Assembly (NCBI GenBank): GCA_963718895.1
Contig: CAVRAG010000008.1
Span: 1,312,001-1,376,000 of the forward strand
Length of the DNA: 64,000 nt
From: an uncultured Nitrososphaerota archaeon
Lineage (GTDB): Archaea > Thermoproteota > Nitrososphaeria > Nitrososphaerales > Gagatemarchaeaceae
Direction of reading: 5' to 3'
In this document: positions 57,555-64,000 of the stretch, one piece after another
Position numbering within the stretch: position 1 is the stretch's first letter
Layout: each line of letters starts with the position of its first letter
Translations under genes and position numbers: made by a program
Notes under the pieces: generated by a model
Databases searched by the model: none
Seen by the model: only the letters and a program-made list of their open reading frames with translations
What the model was told of the DNA's origin: nothing

Positions 57555-59393
57555 TCAGCGCCTGCCTCTGTGGCGGTGCTTCTTCGGAGGGTTCATCGCA
57601 ACTATGTCGAAGAGTATGCGCCTGTAGTTTATGGTCAGCGACCTGGCAAAGAACGGGCCCTCGATGATCATATCACGAAGGTTGTGCTCGTTCCTCTCGT
57701 ACAGGTCGAACTTCTCAAACGAGAGGCAGTCATCGAGATACGGCCTGAGCTTGAAGACGTAGAGGTCGGCCACCACTTTCTCGGGTATCGGCTCCTTCCC
57801 AGAGGAGAGCAGCAGGTCGTTCAGCGCCTCCCTCGCGGCCTGGTAGTTCTTCCAAGCTTCTTCCACGAACCCGACGAAGATCCCGTTCGCCGTCAGCCTT
57901 GAGGCGTAGGAATCGTCCGAGTCGTTCGCGTACCCCTTGAGGAGATTTGCTTTGACGTTCAGCTCGTTGGACTTGTCGTAGCCATATAGGAACTCACGGG
58001 CGACACCCTCCAGCTCCGTCTTGTAGGCGTGGTTGAGTGAATCTCCGAAAGAGCCACTCGCCAGCAGAAATCTGGCCATGTCGTAGTCGTCGGCAATCAG
58101 AGCGCTGGATATCATGTGCGCGAAGTCCGGGTCATAGGGAATCTCGCTCATCAGCAACCCCTTCCATGTAATCTTGCGTGTCTGGCGGTCTATGGCGCCG
58201 ATCTCGATCAGCCAGTTCTCTGCGAAGGCGACCTCGCGCGGGTCCACTCTCGACATGAACTCGAGCTCCCCGAGCTCGAGACCGTACTTCGACATCAGAA
58301 GGACAAGGTCGAACGGAGTCTCGGTCTCGAGGGCCTTGCGCACGGGTACCGGATCGATCTTCTTGGGAATCTGCGTGTCGGAGACGATCACGGCGCGGCC
58401 CGGCTTGAAGCGGCCGATTCTGCCAATCATCTGCAGCAGCGAGTTGTTATCTATCTTCTTGTAGTGGAGCGATTTCTCCCCGAGCTTATCCTTACCATCG
58501 ATCACCTCGTTGAGGATTAGCACGTTGTCGACGTAGATGTTGACCGAGGAAGCTATGACGTTTGTCGCGAATATCCTCAAGTTCTTGTCTCGCTCAGCTC
58601 TCTCCTGGATCCTGTTGATCTCCGAGCCTACCAGACCTCCGTGGATGAACGTCCCCCTGTAGCTCCCGGCGTACTTCTCGACGAGGCGCCGGGTCGGCAG
58701 GAAGACCAGCCAGGACTCGTCCGGGGGTTGCTGGAAGAGGTAGAGCGACAGGATTCTCTGCATCTCCTCGAAGTCCTTCGCGAGCTCCACCTCCAGTGAG
58801 ACGGGGTATCTGCGGCCGCTCAGCGTGTAGAGCTTGGAGATTCCCAGGAACGTGAGGAACTCCTTCGGGTCGATCGTGGCGCTCATGACCCTGAAGAGGT
58901 TCCGCGCCCTGGCCTCCTCCCTCTTGGCGAGGGACATGCACAGCTCCAGCTGGGAGGACATCTGGTGGCTCTCGTCGAAGTAGATCGAGGATTCGAAGAT
59001 CGAGTCCTCTGCGAGCATCCGGAGCAGGACGCCGTCGGTGACTATCTTGATCCGCCCGTCGATGTTGATCTTGGTATCCTTGGTGATCACCGCCAGCTCT
59101 TCCTTCACTTCGGGATGGAGTGCCTGGAGTGAATAGTAGAGGGCGTTGCACGCGGCCCTCGACGGCTCGCGGATGACGATCTGTCTGGCCCTCTTGTAGA
59201 CCTCGAACTCGTGGATGGGTGTCACTGTGCTCTTTCCCGTCCCGACGTCGCCGACGATCACGAAGTGGTCCCTGAAGTCTATGGAATCGATGATGGAGAA
59301 GATCGGCAGGTTCGGCTTCATCCCCTCCTTGGCCGGCCCGCCGACGAAGGCTGGCTTCAGAGAGGGGCGGATGCCTGGTTCTTCGCTAGCCAA
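57555..59393 (-). CDS. DEAH/RHA (HrpA/HrpB-like) SF2 helicase
   Basis: GDVGTGKST, EPSRAAC, VTDGVLL, DESH, MSAT, GRRYPV, VFLP, ATNVIASSVNI, QMIGRIGR, HA2-like LIEIGAID..ITWKG..IPYDP. Confidence 0.88.
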   Translation of the reverse strand: MASEEPGIRPSLKPAFVGGPAKEGMKPNLPIFSIIDSIDFRDHFVIVGDVGTGKSTVTPIHEFEVYKRARQIVIREPSRAACNALYYSLQALHPEVKEELAVITKDTKINIDGRIKIVTDGVLLRMLAEDSIFESSIYFDESHQMSSQLELCMSLAKREEARARNLFRVMSATIDPKEFLTFLGISKLYTLSGRRYPVSLEVELAKDFEEMQRILSLYLFQQPPDESWLVFLPTRRLVEKYAGSYRGTFIHGGLVGSEINRIQERAERDKNLRIFATNVIASSVNIYVDNVLILNEVIDGKDKLGEKSLHYKKIDNNSLLQMIGRIGRFKPGRAVIVSDTQIPKKIDPVPVRKALETETPFDLVLLMSKYGLELGELEFMSRVDPREVAFAENWLIEIGAIDRQTRKITWKGLLMSEIPYDPDFAHMISSALIADDYDMARFLLASGSFGDSLNHAYKTELEGVAREFLYGYDKSNELNVKANLLKGYANDSDDSYASRLTANGIFVGFVEEAWKNYQAAREALNDLLLSSGKEPIPEKVVADLYVFKLRPYLDDCLSFEKFDLYERNEHNLRDMIIEGPFFARSLTINYRRILFDIVAMNPPKKHRHRGRR

Positions 59394-59565
59394 TCTGAGC
59401 CTCGGGTCCTCCTGGAGAATCGTCGAAAGGGGGAGAGATAAACCAGTCTATGGTGAATCATTGCTCGTCCGGAGATTCTGACATATCCTCACAGCCCAAG
59501 GCGGGGGAGGAACGAGGAGACCCTGAGCCCTATCGCGCCGGCATCGAAGGGAGAGATACGACGCC

Positions 59566-60535
59566 CTACCCCGCTCGCTCGAATGCGATCGCCCGCTCCA
59601 GCGATTCCCTAAGGCCGAGGGTTTCTCTGTATCCCAGCTCGTCGTAGAACCTCGCGCAATCGAAGTCGAGGCCTGATGGCCCCGCCACGTTGAGGGCGCT
59701 CTCCGTGGGTTTCTCGCGCCATTCTACCTGAAGCTTGGCGTCAGGGAGTATCTGCCGAAGAGTGGCCACGAATTCGACCGGGGTGAATGGGCGCCTCGTG
59801 CCCACATTGTACAACCTCCGCAGGACCTTGGCTTCGTCGACCCTTCCTGCGTAGGCCAGACAATCTCCGAGCTCCTCCACATAGACCCACCGCAGCGGCG
59901 CCTTCGGGTACGCAAAGTCCTGGGGGAGCGACGCAGGTTCTCCACGTGCGAGCTTGCGGATCATATCGTTGAAGACGCCGGTGAACCCCACGTATCTTCC
60001 GGGACCCCACCCCGCTGAGATCCTCAGGCAGAGCGTCTTTAGGCCGAATCTGCTGTAGTAGTGTTGCCCGAAGACCTCGTTCATGACCTTCGTTGCCGAG
60101 TAGGGGTCCGGCGGACAGCGGGGAGTGTCGTCCTCGGTCACCACGCTCTTCTGGTAGCTCTCCGGTCTCCCGATCACCGCCGAGGAGCTCGTGAAGATCG
60201 ACCCTTTCGACCTCTGCAACCCTGCAGGCTTCGAAGACGTTCGCCGTGCCCAGGCAGTTCACGCTGGCCGATTTGACCGGGTTCTCGCGCGACTCGATGA
60301 CCACGACCGCCGCGAGGTGATAGACGGTCTTGACACCGAACTCTTTGATGGTCTCCGCTATCTGATCCCTGTCGAGTATGTCGCCTTCGACGAGCCGGAT
60401 GCGGTCCTTGAAGTTCTTGATGTTCTCCATGTTCGGCTTGACATCGTAGATTATCACTTCCTCATCAGAGCGCAGGAGGCTCTGGCACAGAAAGCTCCCG
60501 ATCTGTCCGGTCCCTCCGGTAATGAGCACGGCCAA
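59566..60535 (-). CDS. NAD-dependent epimerase/dehydratase, frameshifted at ~60200
   Basis: TGGTGQIG, HLAA, (shift) IFTSSSAV, YSATK. Confidence 0.88.
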
Positions 60536-60677
60536 AGTAGTCTGACGCTTTTTCGCGTCCTCTGCGGCATATAACTCCTCTCTCGGTTGGCCGCCCGGGA
60601 TTCCGGGTCCCCAGGATCTCGGAGCAGTACGGCTGAGTGAGGGCCCGGTTCCATCCGCTGAACGCGAAATTCGTCGG

Positions 60678-62294
60678 TCAGGTTGTTGAAGCTGTGGCGG
60701 CGAGAAGCGTGTCCCTTATCTCGGTGGGCAGCTCGGGCCGGCTCTTGTCCAACCCCGCGGCGACCTCCGTCGCCAGCGTCATCTCCCACGAAGAATCGAG
60801 ATGTTTGACCTTGTCACCGATGTCGATCGCGTTGGGATGTGTCTTTCTGTCACGGACCTCCTGGACGAACTTGTTCACGTTCAGGTTTAGCGAATATCTG
60901 GTGCTTATTGCCTGCAGCGCGTCCTTCAGTATCTCGATCGGATAGTAGCTGTCGGTTGCGCCTGCCTTCCAAACATGGACCCGATCTCTCGGGATGGACT
61001 TCTTCTCAATGAGCTGCGCCGCCTCGGCGCCGGCATCGGCGTCCACAATCAAGTAGACCGGGATAGCCGCATTCATCTGTGCGAGCCATGCGTCCAAGGG
61101 TCTTGCCGGGTTGCTCTTGCCATTGCTCTTGAAGGGTATTATCGAGACGTCTGAGAGATCGATTCCGAGTCTGCGGGCAAAGGCTTCCAGGATAATCTTG
61201 TCGGACCTCCCTCTGACGAGCAGGACGCGGTCGCTCAGCAGCACCTCACTGGGATGGGCACCAAGCTCGCGGATCACTGCTTCAACATCGTCGGCCCGCG
61301 TCACCCGCGTCTCCCCGTCGTCATAGTCTACCAGCCACGTCGTCCCGCTTTGAGCAGAGTCGACGAATATGGGAGAGTGGGTTGCGATGAAGATTTGTCT
61401 GTCGTGCGCAATCTTCACTATCTCCCTGCTGAGCCTCCGCTGAAGCCTGGGATGCTCGTGGCTCTCTGGTTCCTCGATGCCCATGATGGTGGACTGGTCC
61501 GTCTCCACCAGCGCCGTGAAGAGCAGGTTCGTCACTCCCTGTATACCTCCGCCTTCCAAGCCCAGCGGAAAACGCTTGTTCTCCTTCCTCACCAACAGCT
61601 GGGCCTGAGCCGGATCCAAACGGAATGATGTCATATCTGAGAAGGAGCTCTCGAACCGACCGTATCTCTCCTCGTCCAAAACGGAAGTGCTTTGCTGGAG
61701 CGTCCACAGGCGACTTTGCGCGTTCTCGTCCAGCGTCACGGTTCTGAACCTGTCCCCCCCTCTGGCGTCTCTGCTGGTGCCCACAAGCCTGAACTTGTTC
61801 TTGATCAACTCTGAGATGATCTTGAGGATCCTGTCCAACGCCGCTGAGTCGATCTTCAGATTGGGTGAGAGCTGCGGCACGTCGTCTTTGACCATCGTGA
61901 TAATCCCCCAGACGATGCTTTCGGTCTTCCACATCCCCTGGACATTGGTCAATGTGCGCGTTATCTTCAGTATCGTAGGCGGTGTCTTTCCAAACACAGA
62001 GTTCAGATATGCTTGATCTTCGGGCGGCAGCCCGGTCAGGTGGTCCCCCTCGACATCGAAGACGACCTCAAAGACGATTGGTTTTGTTGATCCCTTGTAC
62101 CAGAGGTACTCGTTGAGTCCAGCGGTCGTTCCCTTGACCGGCTCGAACTCTGAGAAGAATAGGTTCATGGCCTCCAGGATGTTCGACTTGCCGCTGCTGT
62201 TCTTCCCTACCAGGGTGTTGAGGTTGCCGAGCTTGTCCAGGGAGACCTGTCTGAGACTTCGATAATTGTCGACCTTGAAGGTTGAGATTTTCAA
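60678..62294 (-). CDS. OLD-family-like ABC ATPase + Toprim protein
   Basis: NYRSL, GKNSSGKS, EGGG signature, IEEPESH, ATHSP; Toprim LLVRGRSD...VDAD. Confidence 0.85.
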   Translation of the reverse strand: MKISTFKVDNYRSLRQVSLDKLGNLNTLVGKNSSGKSNILEAMNLFFSEFEPVKGTTAGLNEYLWYKGSTKPIVFEVVFDVEGDHLTGLPPEDQAYLNSVFGKTPPTILKITRTLTNVQGMWKTESIVWGIITMVKDDVPQLSPNLKIDSAALDRILKIISELIKNKFRLVGTSRDARGGDRFRTVTLDENAQSRLWTLQQSTSVLDEERYGRFESSFSDMTSFRLDPAQAQLLVRKENKRFPLGLEGGGIQGVTNLLFTALVETDQSTIMGIEEPESHEHPRLQRRLSREIVKIAHDRQIFIATHSPIFVDSAQSGTTWLVDYDDGETRVTRADDVEAVIRELGAHPSEVLLSDRVLLVRGRSDKIILEAFARRLGIDLSDVSIIPFKSNGKSNPARPLDAWLAQMNAAIPVYLIVDADAGAEAAQLIEKKSIPRDRVHVWKAGATDSYYPIEILKDALQAISTRYSLNLNVNKFVQEVRDRKTHPNAIDIGDKVKHLDSSWEMTLATEVAAGLDKSRPELPTEIRDTLLAATASTT

Positions 62295-62451
62295 ACCTTC
62301 CTAGCGCGGCTGGAGGTTCATTATATAACACTGTTCCGTAGTTTAGCTACATTTGGGCGATGATAATGAAATATCTTCGCTTTTTCTCATTCGGTCCAGA
62401 CAGCCCTCGTCGGGCTCAACCGGGAGCCTCGAGGCCGTTCGATGTGAAATC

Positions 62452-63030
62452 CTAGGGAAGGCCCCTTGGCGTGACCCAGAGCCTTATGGTCCCGATGTTG
62501 GTCTCCTGTTTGATCACCGTATACCCGTATCCCCTGACGATAGCTATGAGGAACTCCCGCGCACACTCGGTGGACTCAATCCTCCTGCCGGCGCCCACGA
62601 CGTCAATCTCGAGGGTTCCCTTCCCCTGTTCCTTGATTGCGAGTTGCTTGATCGGCAGGAGTCCCCTGAAGTCCTTCTCGACCGACGTGAGATCGGAGAG
62701 CTCCGGCGCGAAGATCTTCAGCACGCTCACGAACCTGCTCCCGATGTCGCTGAATCTCTTCAGCGTCGCCTCTTTGTGGGAGGCATAGAGCTCGGCGGTG
62801 ACGTCGTCAACGAAGTCTGCCGGCAGCGTGATTACGTCGAACTGCTTCAGCAGGGTCACCGACCGCCACATGCTGTACAGGTCCGATGGGCGGCCGCCCT
62901 CCTCGGCGACCTTCGTGATGACGGAGAGTGACTCATTGGCGAAGGCGAAGAGCGTCTTGTTCTGCCTTGCAGCTTCGGCTGAAAACGCGTCGAAGACGTT
63001 CTGATCGACCGAGATGTTCGTCCTGGCCAT
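62452..63030 (-). CDS. Ribbon-helix-helix N-terminal hypothetical protein
   Basis: RTNISVD..VFDAFSAEA..KTLFAFANE RHH-like start, followed by a V4R-like alpha/beta region. Confidence 0.6.
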   Translation of the reverse strand: MARTNISVDQNVFDAFSAEAARQNKTLFAFANESLSVITKVAEEGGRPSDLYSMWRSVTLLKQFDVITLPADFVDDVTAELYASHKEATLKRFSDIGSRFVSVLKIFAPELSDLTSVEKDFRGLLPIKQLAIKEQGKGTLEIDVVGAGRRIESTECAREFLIAIVRGYGYTVIKQETNIGTIRLWVTPRGLP

Positions 63031-63159
63031 TCTGTATTTTTTGGCGTAATCGCCTCTATTTATCCGCGTTTCGAAGCAATTGGAACATTCGCACCGTCGC
63101 AGCCATCACCGATGGTTCACCTATGACTCACAGATGTTGCCGGATGCGTTGTGCTCGTC

Positions 63160-63609
63160 TCACTCGAGGCTAAGGTAGAGGAACACAGCGTACGCGCACA
63201 CTGTGAAGACGTCTGCAGACGGGCTTGAGAGGCCAGGTTCGAGGGAGACGGGCCCATAGTAACCGATGACCACCGGGTAGGAGAGCAGCGCCTCCACGAG
63301 CAACGCGAAGAGCATGACGACGAGCCCGAGGGAGAAGCTGGCCCGGGTCTGCGCGTACATCCGGACGTAGATCGTCACGAGCGCGAGCAGCAGGGCGACC
63401 TCGACAGTGGTCAGCACCACGTGGGACTGCAAGACCGGATCTGTCCGGAAGTGTGGGAAGTATCCAAAGCCCCCCCAAGGCGGTCCGTACTCCTCGGAGC
63501 CCGTGCTCAGGTATGAGATGGACTCTCCGATTGCCAGACCTGCGATGATCACCACCGGGACCCAGAGCTTCTGCGTGTACGAGTGCTTCTTGGGTGGCTC
63601 GCTCGTCAT
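63160..63609 (-). CDS. Membrane protein
   Basis: Four hydrophobic segments; TRASFSLGL. Confidence 0.7.
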   Translation of the reverse strand: MTSEPPKKHSYTQKLWVPVVIIAGLAIGESISYLSTGSEEYGPPWGGFGYFPHFRTDPVLQSHVVLTTVEVALLLALVTIYVRMYAQTRASFSLGLVVMLFALLVEALLSYPVVIGYYGPVSLEPGLSSPSADVFTVCAYAVFLYLSLE

Positions 63610-63701
63610 TTCCCGGCCCTGCCCATGTGGCTCAGGTTCCTCTTATTGATAATCTCCAGCGGCGTGCGGTTGGTCGACAACAATCGCTTATCCCGGATAG
63701 C

Positions 63702-64000
63702 CTAGGGGGCGGGCCTCGTCCCGAGGGTCAGGGACATCGTCGTGAGGTGACCTGAACTGATCACTCCGACCTGGATGGTCTGGCCGGCTGAAGTGTTCTG
63801 CTCAAGGTAGGTGGACAGGGCATCCTCGTTCACGACCTTCGCGCCGTTGATCGATACTATGATGTCGCCTCCGACCAGGTACTGACTCCCGTCCACCGTA
63901 ACCGGCTTGGTGCCCGCCACGAGTCCAGCCTTGGACGCAGGACCTCCGGCAATCACGCTCTCTATCAGTACGCCATAGGTCACGTTTGTGTTCGACGCCA
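63702..64000 (-). CDS. C-terminal PDZ domain of an HtrA-like protease (partial)
   Basis: GVLIESV..GPASKAGL..GGDII..ING..LTLGTRP. Confidence 0.8.
   Translation of the reverse strand, partial: ASNTNVTYGVLIESVIAGGPASKAGLVAGTKPVTVDGSQYLVGGDIIVSINGAKVVNEDALSTYLEQNTSAGQTIQVGVISSGHLTTMSLTLGTRPAP

Noticed and set aside
54699-60535. Programmed frameshifting or stop readthrough in the SDR and epimerase genes
   Set aside because: No slippery heptamer or recoding signal seen; single-base indels explain the breaks.

Overview
High-GC archaeal chromosome window, most consistent with a Nitrososphaerota (Thaumarchaeota) lineage. This is inferred from two group II chaperonins, BHB-intron tRNAs, a Nitrososphaera-style sensor kinase, class III signal peptides and many zinc-ribbon proteins. 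Most of the window is housekeeping or metabolic: thermosomes, E1/JAMM, fumC, thiL, two phosphohexomutases, a DRG GTPase and HtrA proteases. There are four tRNA genes: Phe(GAA) with three non-canonical introns, Thr(CGT) with two, Arg(TCT) with one canonical intron, and intronless Leu(GAG). A lower-GC accessory block (about 17.4-30.7 kb) surrounds the divergent Leu/Thr pair. On one side is a ~6.7 kb element integrated in tRNA-Leu, carrying a tyrosine integrase, a decayed HerA/VirB4-like ATPase-nuclease, a highly structured non-coding segment and surface-protein cargo, one gene of which is split by an IS5-family element. On the other side is an orphan nuclease-like gene preceded by an array of four palindromic sites. 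Also present: an HrpA-like DEAH helicase, an OLD-like ATPase with an altered Toprim site, and a bacterial-type Ada. About a dozen 1-2 nt frameshifts occur, many at GATC or homopolymers, so they may be assembly errors. All calls come from reading motifs by eye; no database searches were run.
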